Source: a virus (taxonomy: Duplodnaviria > Caudoviricetes). From it: 38,578 nucleotides of DNA. The DNA is taken from IMG/VR virus record IMGVR_UViG_3300036987_000137, positions 1 through 38,578 of that record, one strand, 5' to 3'. Below are positions 8,034 through 16,790 of the stretch, one piece after another. The translations under genes were made by a program, and so were the position numbers. Position 1 is the stretch's first letter, and every line of letters starts with the position of its first letter. The notes beneath the pieces were generated by a model. It was not told the origin of the DNA and ran no database searches. It worked only from the letters and a program-made list of their open reading frames with translations.

Positions 8034-8290
8034 CTGATTTAGACAAAATGAACCGAGAAAGGCGTGCCCTTAAAGAGGCTCATCGAAAGGACGAAGACCG
8101 AGCCATGGCAAGCGCAATGCGCTACGCCCAAAAACTCGTGCTCACCCCCAGCGATTTGCTGATGAAGGAGACGGCAGAGGCGAAAGCGCAGCTCGAAGCG
8201 CTTCAGATTTTGGCCGACAGGGTTTCTGACTCCATCAATCGACTTGTCTTCCACATAACAGCGCTTCGCGCCGGGTGGAGTGACGAATGA
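8030..8290 (+). CDS. Hypothetical coiled-coil protein
   Basis: TTG start overlaps the MuB stop, with a GAGGG RBS; stop overlaps the next ATG. Confidence 0.6.
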   Translation: MTDLDKMNRERRALKEAHRKDEDRAMASAMRYAQKLVLTPSDLLMKETAEAKAQLEALQILADRVSDSINRLVFHITALRAGWSDE

Positions 8291-8925
8291 CCCGCAAGCC
8301 CATCCATATCGAAGTCGCCATGCCCTCCGGGCCGGCGCACTACTGGCGCGCGATGATTGCGCGGCCAAAGGGTTTCACCATTCGCGAGATCGCGCTCTGC
8401 GCTGAGGGCGTCGCCTATACGACGGTCAAGCGCTATGTCTGGTTTCTCACGCGCGAAGGCTATGTCGTGCGCGTCGGCGCAAAGCGCGACGGCTATGCGC
8501 TGCAGGCTGTCTATGCCGTCAAGAAGCGCCAGACGAAGACGCCGATCGAGCGCCCGAACCCGCAACGCGCGCCGCTGACCGCCCGCGAGGCGATGTGGAA
8601 CGCCATGCGCGCTCTTGAGCAATTCACCGCGCGGGAGCTTTGCGTCAGCGCCTCGACCGAGGAACGCCCGGTCTCGCAACGCTCGGCCAATCTCTACATT
8701 CAGAAACTCGTCGCGGTCGGCGTGCTGCAGGTCTTGGAACGGCCGCAAAAGGCGCTGGGCAAGGCCGGAGATACGCCTCTTGGCACGACCGCCGGCCGCT
8801 ATCGGCTGGTCAAATCCGCCAACACCGGCCCGCTGGCGCCCAAACTCTGCGTCGCGGGTTTCGTATTCGATCCCAACTGCAATCGCGTCCTCGGCGACGC
8901 CGTCGTTTCGGAGCTGCGCGCATGA
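8287..8925 (+). CDS. Early protein with two winged-helix-like repeats
   Basis: Two similar units (YWRAM..FTIREIA..YVWFL.REGY and MWNAM..FTARELC..YIQKLVAVGV); typical of Mu-like early regions. Confidence 0.75.
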   Translation: MTRKPIHIEVAMPSGPAHYWRAMIARPKGFTIREIALCAEGVAYTTVKRYVWFLTREGYVVRVGAKRDGYALQAVYAVKKRQTKTPIERPNPQRAPLTAREAMWNAMRALEQFTARELCVSASTEERPVSQRSANLYIQKLVAVGVLQVLERPQKALGKAGDTPLGTTAGRYRLVKSANTGPLAPKLCVAGFVFDPNCNRVLGDAVVSELRA

Positions 8926-9344
8926 GCACGGCCGTTAAGGTTAATTCTTTACCATCAAAATTAACCACTGACTTTCTCGCCAGCGCTCGCGAAGCATGGG
9001 GCGACGCGTTGCCAGATTGGGTCGAAGAGCTGGCGAAATTCGCGACGGCGACCTCGGGCGTTACAGCGGCGAAGCGGATCGGCATGTCCCGTTCGGTCGT
9101 CACCAGCGTCTGCAGGGCGCGCTATTCGGGCGTTCTCGCGGCCGTCGAGGCGCGTGTGCGTGGCGCCCTGATGAATGAAAACGTCGACTGTCCCGTGCTC
9201 GGCGAGATCGGCCGCGATTATTGCCTCGACGAGCAAAAGAAACGCCACGTCGGCTCGAGCGCTGTTCGCACTGCGCTCTTTCACGCCTGCCGAAGCGCTT
9301 GTCAGCACTCGCGCCTCAAAAGCAATGGAGGGCATGATGCGTGA
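8922..9344 (+). CDS. HTH regulator with Cys-rich C-terminus
   Basis: AREAWGDALPDWV, HTH AAKRIGMSRSVVTSV, CPVLG..C..C...C; ATGA coupling. Confidence 0.75.
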   Translation: MSTAVKVNSLPSKLTTDFLASAREAWGDALPDWVEELAKFATATSGVTAAKRIGMSRSVVTSVCRARYSGVLAAVEARVRGALMNENVDCPVLGEIGRDYCLDEQKKRHVGSSAVRTALFHACRSACQHSRLKSNGGHDA

Positions 9345-9741
9345 GCTTCATCTTTCCGCCGACATCGGGGCCATCGCCGAGATGATGCGCCGTTTCCAGC
9401 TGGGAGGCCTTCATATGAACCCGCAGAACTGTGGGTTCATCGCTGGCGCGCTCGACAAGCTCGCTTTCGAGGCGCGCACGCTGGAGGCCGATCTCGCGCG
9501 CGAGGAGAGTTGGCGCAAGGCCGCCGACGCTCGTATCGAGGCGCTGACGACTCCCGACCATGTCGCCAAAGCCCGGCGAGAGATCGCGATCCATGAGGGC
9601 CGCCGCGCCGGCGTTGTCGTCGATCTGCGTCCCTATCTCGACCGCGAATGGCCAGAACCCGCGAGCGGTGGCTCCGACCGCCTGCCGGAAGAGACCGTCG
9701 CCGCTGTTGCGAGCGACGGCGGAAATGGAGACGCGGCATGA
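9334..9741 (+). CDS. Hypothetical protein
   Basis: GGAGGG RBS; overlaps its neighbours in the operon. Confidence 0.65.
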   Translation: MMRELHLSADIGAIAEMMRRFQLGGLHMNPQNCGFIAGALDKLAFEARTLEADLAREESWRKAADARIEALTTPDHVAKARREIAIHEGRRAGVVVDLRPYLDREWPEPASGGSDRLPEETVAAVASDGGNGDAA

Positions 9742-10592
9742 GAGCGCAGGTCCAAATCGCCGACATCCTGGACGTCGTCTGCAGTCGTTACGGCGTTCGG
9801 CCCGAGGAGATCAAGAGTCCGCGGCGCAAGACGGAGCTGAAGACGCCGCGGCAGATCGCCATGTATCTTTCAGACAGGCTCGCGCAACGAAATCTGGTGC
9901 AGATCGGCGCGGCGCTTCTTCGCGATCGCACGACCGTGCTGCACGGCGTTCGCAAAATCGAGGCGATGCTCGAAGAAGACGCGGCGCTGCGCGCGACGGT
10001 CGGAGAGCTGGAGATTGAGGCGCTCGCGATCGCAGGTCTTCGTGCGCAGGGCGTGTTGCCGCAGCGCACGACCGTCGATGCGTTCCTGCTCGCTGAAAAG
10101 ATCGTTCGCTCCGGCGATCGCTTCGCCATTCAAGTTTCGGTCGAGGAGACGCGCGCGCTGGCCGAGGCGCTTTTGGCGCAGCGCGCGGCGCAGGAAGCGC
10201 CTTGCGACGAAGAACAGCCCTGCGAAGGGGATGACGACCGAGAACCAACAAGCGCTCCGACTGCACCAGCAATGCTCGATGCTCCGATTCCACTGCCGCC
10301 GACGCTCACCGAAATCGCTCATGATTTCCTCGCCGCTGAAGCGGCCTATCGGCGACGCCCATCACTCAACGTGAAGGCGGCGCGCGAGCGGGCGATCGCG
10401 CCACTGCGCATGCATGCCGACGAGTCCGCCGTCGCCGCGCTGCTCAACGCCTATGACGCGCTTGTCAGAGCCGAATATTCGCTCGGTGAGCGCGACGCGC
10501 AGGAACGCTTCCAAGCCGCCGTAAAAGCCCTTTCAAGACGCCTCTCAGAACTCGTTAAGGAGCCCGCCAGTGTCGAAATCGCCCAAGGTTAA
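9738..10592 (+). CDS. Protein with a DnaA C-terminal (domain IV-like) HTH
   Basis: IADILDVVCSRYGV..EEIKSPRR....PRQIAMYL........QIG..L.RDRTTVLHGVRKIE matches the DnaA domain IV signature. Confidence 0.85.
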   Translation: MRAQVQIADILDVVCSRYGVRPEEIKSPRRKTELKTPRQIAMYLSDRLAQRNLVQIGAALLRDRTTVLHGVRKIEAMLEEDAALRATVGELEIEALAIAGLRAQGVLPQRTTVDAFLLAEKIVRSGDRFAIQVSVEETRALAEALLAQRAAQEAPCDEEQPCEGDDDREPTSAPTAPAMLDAPIPLPPTLTEIAHDFLAAEAAYRRRPSLNVKAARERAIAPLRMHADESAVAALLNAYDALVRAEYSLGERDAQERFQAAVKALSRRLSELVKEPASVEIAQG

Positions 10593-11118
10593 AACGCGCG
10601 CCGCCAATGTGCCTGTGCCACAGTCGCGCGAAGAGCTGCGAGATTTCATTCACAGGATCGGCGTAGCTCAACGAAAGATAGACCGCATCAACTGCACTCT
10701 GTGCGATGCAATCGCAACGGCGAAAGTCGACGCCGAGCGCGAGGCGGATCCTTTCGTCGATGAGGTTGCGCAACTTACCGAGGGAGCGCGGGTCTATTGC
10801 GAGGCACATCGCGACGAGCTCACCAACGATCGGAAGGTCAAACACTTCGAGACGGGCGCCGGCCTCATCGAATGGCGCTTTCGCCCGCCGAGTGTCCGCC
10901 TCAAGCCCGGATGGACCGCAGAACGCGCGATTGATCTCCTGAAACGCCTCAAGCTTAAAAAATATGTGCGCGTCTCCGAGACGATCAACAAGGAGGCGCT
11001 ACGCGAAGCGCCAGTCAAGGACACGCACCGCGTCGTCGAAGCCTTTTCGATCGGCTCGGCCGGAGAGGAATTCATTGTCACGCCGCTCGACGCCGAGATC
11101 AAGGGAGCGGCTGAATGA
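10570..11118 (+). CDS. gam: Mu Gam-like host-nuclease inhibitor
   Basis: VPQSREE...YCEAHRDELT..RKVK......G.IEWRFRPPSV...INKEAL...GEEFIVTP. Confidence 0.9.
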   Translation: MSKSPKVKTRAANVPVPQSREELRDFIHRIGVAQRKIDRINCTLCDAIATAKVDAEREADPFVDEVAQLTEGARVYCEAHRDELTNDRKVKHFETGAGLIEWRFRPPSVRLKPGWTAERAIDLLKRLKLKKYVRVSETINKEALREAPVKDTHRVVEAFSIGSAGEEFIVTPLDAEIKGAAE

Positions 11119-11312
11119 ACACGCCCGCGAAAGGCTCGTCGATCGAGATCGTGGTCGCCGACAACGCAGGACGAGAAGAAGTCCTTCGTGGCGTGCTGCT
11201 TGGCCGATTCGACGGCGATCATGTCGAAGTAAAATTCGACGATCTGCCCTTCAAAGCCATCGTCGATCGGCGTCTCGTGCGCAAGCTGCAGGCGGAAGGA
11301 GAGGCGTCATGA
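11115..11312 (+). CDS. Hypothetical protein, 65 aa
   Basis: ATGA-coupled, with RBS. Confidence 0.65.
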   Translation: MNTPAKGSSIEIVVADNAGREEVLRGVLLGRFDGDHVEVKFDDLPFKAIVDRRLVRKLQAEGEAS

Positions 11313-11503
11313 AGATCAATCTGCGCAAGACGCAGCTGGCCGCCCGCTATGCGCTATGGCTGGCGCTGTTCCTCCTCATCAGCGTCCCGGCGCTGGCGTT
11401 CGACGCGATCGCCGCCGTCGCGCGGCGCATCGCCGATCGGCTTTGCGATGTGGCCGATTTCGCCGTCGTTCGCGGAAGGAAACTACGGGAGCAACTGCAA
11501 TGA
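11309..11503 (+). CDS. Small single-TM protein, 64 aa
   Basis: GGAGAGG RBS; hydrophobic YALWLALFLLISVPALAF; ATGA overlaps at both ends. Confidence 0.65.
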   Translation: MKINLRKTQLAARYALWLALFLLISVPALAFDAIAAVARRIADRLCDVADFAVVRGRKLREQLQ

Positions 11504-12201
11504 CCACGGCCGCGCAGACTCGCGCCATCCACGCCCTGCTGCGGCAGATCCCGCACTACACGGACGATGACTATCGCGCGCTGTTGAAGCGCGAGTTCCG
11601 CGGCGTCTCCTCGTCGTCGCACCTTTCCCAGGTCCAGGCCGCGAAGCTCATCGAGATCCTGAAAGTGCTTGCGGGCCAGCACCCGGAGGTGAAACGCGGG
11701 AGCGCGTCGTCGCGCCGCCCGGCCGAGACGGTCACCGGCCCCTATGGCGCGAAACTGCAGGCGTTGTGGATCTCGGCGTTCAATCTCGGCATCGTGGACA
11801 ATCGCGACGATCGCGCGCTGATCGCCTTTATCGAACGGCAGACGAAGATCGCGCATCCGCGCTGGCTCAACGAGCACAAGGACGCGAAGAAGGCGATCGA
11901 GGCCCTGAAGGATTGGATCGAGCGCGAAGCCAAAGTCGAATGGCCGAGCGAATCCCAGGCGCACAAGCGGGGGATGGATGTGAGCATCGCCTCCAAGCGG
12001 GCGGTGATCGCGGCGCAGGCGGCGCGGCTTGCCGACGTCGAGCCCTTCAATCTCGACGATTTCGTCAATGGCTACATCATTTCGAACAAGATCTCGGGAT
12101 TCAGCATCGGCGCGCTGAGCGACCGCCATCTCGACAGCCTGATCGGACTTCTTGGCGCGCGGCTGCGCAAGCGCGTCAAAGCCAAGAAGGAAGCGGCGTG
12201 A
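11500..12201 (+). CDS. gemA: GemA-like regulatory protein (Mu gp16/DUF1018)
   Basis: AIHAL.....DDDYRALL...GVSSS..LS; KLQALWIS..NLG.V....D.AL..FI.RQT; A.KAIEALK.W. Confidence 0.85.
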   Translation: MTTAAQTRAIHALLRQIPHYTDDDYRALLKREFRGVSSSSHLSQVQAAKLIEILKVLAGQHPEVKRGSASSRRPAETVTGPYGAKLQALWISAFNLGIVDNRDDRALIAFIERQTKIAHPRWLNEHKDAKKAIEALKDWIEREAKVEWPSESQAHKRGMDVSIASKRAVIAAQAARLADVEPFNLDDFVNGYIISNKISGFSIGALSDRHLDSLIGLLGARLRKRVKAKKEAA

Positions 12202-12291
12202 TGGCCCGTAAGCTGCACCGCCGCGCGGCCAGAAACTGCCGAAGCTCAACCCGCCGGCGCGCCGCGAAGGCGGGATCCTAAAGATTGCGGC

Positions 12292-12513
12292 ATGACCGAC
12301 GCCCTGCAGCTCGATTTCTTCAAGCGCGCAGCCGCCAAGCGGCCCGCGATGATGAGTTTCACCGATCGCGGCTGGAACGGGCGCGGCGAGCAGATCGCTC
12401 TGTTCAAATGTCCGCGGTGCGGAAGTCACAGCCCCTGGATCAGCGTCGCGTCGCACGAAGAGGAGCTGAGAGGCGTCCCCTGTCCGAAATGCAACAAGGA
12501 GCGCGCGCGATGA
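12292..12513 (+). CDS. Small zinc-ribbon protein
   Basis: CPRC...CPKC. Confidence 0.7.
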   Translation: MTDALQLDFFKRAAAKRPAMMSFTDRGWNGRGEQIALFKCPRCGSHSPWISVASHEEELRGVPCPKCNKERAR

Positions 12514-12558
12514 CCGCCGAGCACGACCGCATCGTCACGGTGATGACGGGAGACGAAC

Positions 12559-13362
12559 GTGACGCCGTCGGATAAGGAGCTGCGCCGTCTCGAACTCTTT
12601 CCGACGCCGCCCTGGGCGACGCGCGCGCTGTTTGAATTCGTGCTGCCCATGATCTACGGCGAGCGCGGCCCCATACGTATTGAGAGCTGCCGGGAGCCTG
12701 CCGCGGGCCTCGGCCACATGGCCGAGACCATCAAGGAATATTGCGCCCATGTGCTGATGAGCGACGTCGCAGATTATCCGCTCGAAGACGGCTCGCGAAT
12801 GAGTGAGCACGGACTCGTGGTTGAGGATTTCGTTGATGCGTCGGATGAAACGTCGGCGGAGGGATGCGAGTGGTATATCACCAATCCGCCTTTTAAAGAG
12901 ACTGAGGAATTTCTTCGACGCGCTTTGAAACTGGCTTCAAGGGGCGTGGCGCTGTTGCAAAAGCAGACCTTTCAGACGGGCGGCGAGCGCTACCGCGAGG
13001 TCTATGTCGAAAGTCCGCCCGATCTCGTGGCGCAATTTGCCGAGCGCGTGCCGATGTGCCTTGGCGGTTATGACCCGCGCGCCTCCAGTGACATGGACTA
13101 CGCCTGGTTTATCTGGCTTACGCCGGGCGAACGGCGTTTGTTCTGCAACTGGCTCAATCAACGTCGCGTCAATGCGCCAACCGGCTGGCTCGATGTGCTG
13201 CTCATCCCGCCCGGCCAGCGCGAAGCCTATTTTCGCGAGAGGGATCTCGAACTCGCCGAAAAGCGCCGGCTTCCCGGCTGGATTCCAAATCAGAAAATCA
13301 GAAAGCTGCGCCGCCTTATTCATGCCGAGCGTGACGCACGCATGATGGGAGGGAAGTCGTGA
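12559..13362 (+). CDS. Amino-DNA methyltransferase (m6A/m4C type), orphan
   Basis: FPTPPWATRAL, SAM-binding EPAAGLGHM, catalytic ITNPPF. Confidence 0.85.
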   Translation: MTPSDKELRRLELFPTPPWATRALFEFVLPMIYGERGPIRIESCREPAAGLGHMAETIKEYCAHVLMSDVADYPLEDGSRMSEHGLVVEDFVDASDETSAEGCEWYITNPPFKETEEFLRRALKLASRGVALLQKQTFQTGGERYREVYVESPPDLVAQFAERVPMCLGGYDPRASSDMDYAWFIWLTPGERRLFCNWLNQRRVNAPTGWLDVLLIPPGQREAYFRERDLELAEKRRLPGWIPNQKIRKLRRLIHAERDARMMGGKS

Positions 13363-13775
13363 AAGCCGACGTCTCTCATCTGCCGCCGCTCCTCGCCGAG
13401 ATCGCCGAAGTGGCGGGACCTGTGGCGGCGGTGCAATTGGCGAAGGCCAAGGGCGGAACCGAGTGCTACATACCCGCCCGCGCGCCGGATGATCACTGGC
13501 TCGTGCAATGCGTCGGACGCGAGGCGGCCGACAAGCTCTGCGCGCATTTCGTCGCGGCGATCGAAAGCGACTCGGGCAGATCCCGGCATGGCGTGAAGAT
13601 ACTGCTGCCGCTCGGCGATTCGGGAACGGCCGCCGACGCGCGCCGCCGCGCCCGCGAAGCGCTCGACAATGGCGCGAGTCTCAGTGAAGCTGCGCGGCGC
13701 TCCGGCCTGCACCAGCGCACGGTGCAAAACATTCGCGCCCGCATGAAGGACAGGCGGCAAGGCTCGCTGTTCTAA
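13359..13775 (+). CDS. Mor/C-family late transcription activator
   Basis: LPPLLAEIAEVAG..AA..LA...GG...YIP plus a C-terminal HTH; last gene before the lysis genes. Confidence 0.8.
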   Translation: MKADVSHLPPLLAEIAEVAGPVAAVQLAKAKGGTECYIPARAPDDHWLVQCVGREAADKLCAHFVAAIESDSGRSRHGVKILLPLGDSGTAADARRRAREALDNGASLSEAARRSGLHQRTVQNIRARMKDRRQGSLF

Positions 13776-13795
13776 ACAAAAAAGAGCGGCCGACA

Positions 13796-13838
13796 GAAAG
13801 TCTTCGGGGCCAATTCGGGACGCGCTCGCGCGTAGCGT
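13796..13838 (+). promoter_or_regulatory. Late promoter 1 (lysis operon)
   Basis: GAAAGTCTTCGGGGCCAA - 19 nt - TAGCGT; same layout as the sites at 22497 and 37658. Confidence 0.75.
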
Positions 13839-13845
13839 TCCGACC

Positions 13846-14346
13846 ATGAAATCCTATCTCGAAATCATCGGCGCGTTCATCGCCGTTAGTTCGCTCGCGG
13901 TCGCGGCGATGTGGTTCACGCCCGCCAAGGCCGATCCGCTATCGGATTTCCTCGAGGCGATCTTCGAACAGCAGGCCAGCCTGCCGCCCTTCAATGCACA
14001 CTGGCGACGGATCCATGTGCGGCCAATCGAAGGGCCCGCTGGCGCCGCTCCGGCCGGCTCCATGCTCGCGTCATACTATGGCGGCGGCGCGCATGAAGGC
14101 CTCAACGCCTACACCGCATGTGGCGCGCGCTTCAATCCATGGGGCCTGACGGCGGCGCATCGCTCGCTTCGTTGCGGCGTGAAGCTGCTCATTTCGCGCG
14201 GCGCGCGCGCCGTCGTCGTCACCGTCAATGATCGCGGTCCTGCCGCCTGGACCGGCCGCTCTCTCGACATCTCGCGCGGCGCGGCCATGCGCCTGGCCAT
14301 GCTTGAGGTCGGCGTCGCGCGCGTCAATGTGCAGGTGCTGCAATGA
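13846..14346 (+). CDS. RlpA-family (DPBB) lytic transglycosylase with signal peptide
   Basis: ASYYG..TACG.RFNPWGLTAAHRSL..G...VVVTVNDRGP...GRSLDIS; hydrophobic N-terminus ending AKA. Confidence 0.88.
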   Translation: MKSYLEIIGAFIAVSSLAVAAMWFTPAKADPLSDFLEAIFEQQASLPPFNAHWRRIHVRPIEGPAGAAPAGSMLASYYGGGAHEGLNAYTACGARFNPWGLTAAHRSLRCGVKLLISRGARAVVVTVNDRGPAAWTGRSLDISRGAAMRLAMLEVGVARVNVQVLQ

Positions 14347-15413
14347 CCTTTTCAATTCGCAATCACGTCTTGCATCACGGCAGCGCGCCGGTCGCGCAGG
14401 CGCGCACGCCGAATGCTGGCGCCGCTGGCTCGTTAAGATCGCCGACCCTGCTGGTGATGCACTATACGGCCGGTTTCACCGGCGCGTCGGCGATCGTGAC
14501 GCTCACCAGCAGAGCGAGAAAGGCCTCGGCGCATCTCGTGATTGATCGCGACGGGACGGTGACGCAGCTCGCGCCGTTTAACGTCGTGACGTGGCACGCC
14601 GGCGCTTCGAAATGGAAGGGCCGCAGCGGCTGCAACAGTTTCTCGATCGGCATCGAGCTTGTGAACTGTGGGCCCGTCAAGCTACGCGCGGACAAGAAGC
14701 TCTTCCCAGAAGTCGCCCCATCCAAGACGATCGATCCGAAGGATTGCGCCGCAGCTCGCCATCCGAACGGAGAAGATACGCCCTTTTGGCAGATCTATCC
14801 CGAGCCGCAGATGGAGGCCGCGATCGCCGTCGCGCGCGCCATCTGCGAGACCTACGGCATTAAGGACATTGCTGGCCATTACGACATTGCCCCGACGCGC
14901 AAGCGCGATCCCGGACCAGCCTTCAACATGCTCTCCTTCAAATCGGCCGTCTTCGGGCGTGACGACGGTGAGCAGGAGACGGTGCGCATCGCGACGAAAA
15001 AGGGCGTCGTCGAGAAGCCGCGCGAGGAACTCACGGCGCGGGATCTGCTGGCCAACGGATCGCAGACGATTCAGGCGGCGACGGTCGTCAAGCGCGCCGC
15101 CGCCACGGTCCTAACCGCGGGCGGGTTGACGGCGGGCTCTGTCGCGTCGGACCCAAACGAAGCGCTGCAGCAGGCGCAAACGACGGCGCAGAGCATTTCC
15201 GACACCGCGACTGCGGTCTCCAATGCTCGGGACAGCGTGAGCGCGCTTTCCGATATTTGGCATTGGCTCGGGACGCACTGGATCGTGGCGCTCGCCGTCT
15301 TCTGCTTCGTCGTGATCCTGGTAGCCGCCTGCTATGCGCTGCGCGGCGGGAGCATCGTCATCGAGCGACGCGTGATCGACGGCCGCAGCGGCGCAAACGT
15401 CGGGCGGCTGTGA
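14343..15413 (+). CDS. N-acetylmuramoyl-L-alanine amidase endolysin with C-terminal membrane segment
   Basis: LVMHYTA, ASAHLVIDRDG, WHAG.S, N..SIGIEL, GHYDIAPTRKRDPGP; C-terminal TM WIVALAVFCFVVILVAACYAL. Confidence 0.92.
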   Translation: MTFSIRNHVLHHGSAPVAQARTPNAGAAGSLRSPTLLVMHYTAGFTGASAIVTLTSRARKASAHLVIDRDGTVTQLAPFNVVTWHAGASKWKGRSGCNSFSIGIELVNCGPVKLRADKKLFPEVAPSKTIDPKDCAAARHPNGEDTPFWQIYPEPQMEAAIAVARAICETYGIKDIAGHYDIAPTRKRDPGPAFNMLSFKSAVFGRDDGEQETVRIATKKGVVEKPREELTARDLLANGSQTIQAATVVKRAAATVLTAGGLTAGSVASDPNEALQQAQTTAQSISDTATAVSNARDSVSALSDIWHWLGTHWIVALAVFCFVVILVAACYALRGGSIVIERRVIDGRSGANVGRL

Positions 15414-15508
15414 TGTGCGGCGGCGTCGATCCACGGCCCTTGCTGCGCCGCGCCTTCTGGTGGGCGCTCGCCATTCTCGCGACCCTCTATCTCATTGGGA
15501 AATGGTGA
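15413..15508 (+). CDS. 31-aa membrane peptide
   Basis: MCGGVDPRPLLRRAFWWALAILATLYLIGKW; TGATG-coupled to the endolysin. Confidence 0.5.
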   Translation: MCGGVDPRPLLRRAFWWALAILATLYLIGKW

Positions 15509-15509
15509 C

Positions 15510-16151
15510 ATGCCGATCGCAGCCATTCTCGCTGGAGCAAAGACGCTTGCTGAGAAATTCTTCAGCTTCGCGGAGACGTGGGTTGGCGGCGCTCTCATCG
15601 CCTTCGCCGTCGCCTGGCTTTGGTCGGGCTGGCGCCACGACGCCGCGTGCAGCGCGCGTGAAGCGGCTGCCAAAGCCGCCGCGCAGGCGCAAATCAACCA
15701 ATGGAAGACCGCCGCCGAGGACGTCGCCAGAGACGCCACTGCGCGCGTCGAGGAGGATGTCAGGGCGGCGCAAGCGCAAAAGGATTTCATCTCCAGCCTG
15801 CCGACAAAGGACAGACCACATGCTCCAAACGCGAAGGATGATCTCGCGACCGATTTTAGCGATCGGCCTCTGTTTCTCGATCCCGATTACATTGCCGTCG
15901 TGCGCGCGTTCGACGCAGCCGGAGATCGCGGCTCCGACCCTACCCGATCCGCCAAAGAACTTCGGCAAGCCGGTGCCCTTGCCAAGTCCGACCGCTGCGC
16001 AGCTCTGAAGGTCTGGGGCCTTCGAAACCGAGCCGTCGCCTCGGAAGCCAACCGCCGCCTCGTGAGCGATGGGCTCTTCTATAACGACGTTCTGCGCAAA
16101 TTCAGCGCAGGAAGCCGCCGCCGCGTCGCCCCTTCATCCCATGAAGAATAG
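15510..16151 (+). CDS. Rz-like i-spanin
   Basis: N-terminal TM, then an Ala-rich coiled coil; hosts an embedded lipoprotein ORF. Confidence 0.7.
   Translation: MPIAAILAGAKTLAEKFFSFAETWVGGALIAFAVAWLWSGWRHDAACSAREAAAKAAAQAQINQWKTAAEDVARDATARVEEDVRAAQAQKDFISSLPTKDRPHAPNAKDDLATDFSDRPLFLDPDYIAVVRAFDAAGDRGSDPTRSAKELRQAGALAKSDRCAALKVWGLRNRAVASEANRRLVSDGLFYNDVLRKFSAGSRRRVAPSSHEE
15820..16008 (+). CDS. Rz1-like o-spanin lipoprotein nested in the +1 frame
   Basis: AAGGA RBS; MLQTRRMISRPILAIGLCFSIPITLPS-C lipobox-like site; Pro-rich mature part. Confidence 0.7.
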   Translation: MLQTRRMISRPILAIGLCFSIPITLPSCARSTQPEIAAPTLPDPPKNFGKPVPLPSPTAAQL

Positions 16152-16163
16152 GGGCGCGGCGCC

Positions 16164-16292
16164 GTGAAGGAATTCTTCGTCTCCGGCCAGCCGGACGTCA
16201 ACGGCGTCCATGCGCTTGTTCGCTTCGCCCTGCTGCTCATCGTCTTCGTGGCGACCGTTTGGAAGCTGAGGAGGCAACGCGATGCGACATGA
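16164..16292 (+). CDS. 42-aa membrane peptide
   Basis: MKEFFVSGQPDVNGVHALVRFALLLIVFVATVWKLRRQRDAT, translated by hand. Confidence 0.5.
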   Translation: MKEFFVSGQPDVNGVHALVRFALLLIVFVATVWKLRRQRDAT

Positions 16293-16392
16293 AACGCGCG
16301 ACGCGCTCGGCATGGCGCTCGTCGCCGCCATTGGCCTCTCGCCGGTCTGGATCACTTTCTTGGCGTTTCTGTTCTCTGGGAGGTTTTGGTGA
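16282..16392 (+). CDS. 36-aa membrane peptide
   Basis: GAGGAGG RBS; MRHETRDALGMALVAAIGLSPVWITFLAFLFSGRFW; stop overlaps the next start. Confidence 0.6.
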   Translation: MRHETRDALGMALVAAIGLSPVWITFLAFLFSGRFW

Positions 16393-16790
16393 CGTTCGAA
16401 TGGGGCACGGCGGGCCAATGGGCGGGAACGGCGGCGGCGATCGTCATCGCAGTCTGGGGAGCGCTGACAAGGCGCGATCAAAAGGCGTTCGACGAATTGA
16501 AGCTGAGCGTCAATGAAGCTGTCCGCGATCTACGCGACGACGACGCGCGGCAGTTTGAACGGATCGACAAGCTCGAATCGGATGTGTCCGCCGTGCAGGT
16601 GGAGATCAAGCATCTGCCGACGCGCATCGAGTTCCACGCGGTCGACGTGAAGATCACCGAGATCGGCTCCGTGATCAAGGCGCGTTTCGAGGCGCTGGCC
16701 GACAAGATCGACACCGTCATCCAGCAGAACGAACGCGCCCAGGACCGCCTTGCCGAGCGTGAAGACCGCGAGCGGGAGATGCGCCGATGA
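16389..16790 (+). CDS. DUF2730-like TM/coiled-coil protein
   Basis: N-terminal TM, then RIDKLE..V.....KHLP; usual position before gp26/gp27. Confidence 0.7.
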   Translation: MTFEWGTAGQWAGTAAAIVIAVWGALTRRDQKAFDELKLSVNEAVRDLRDDDARQFERIDKLESDVSAVQVEIKHLPTRIEFHAVDVKITEIGSVIKARFEALADKIDTVIQQNERAQDRLAEREDREREMRR

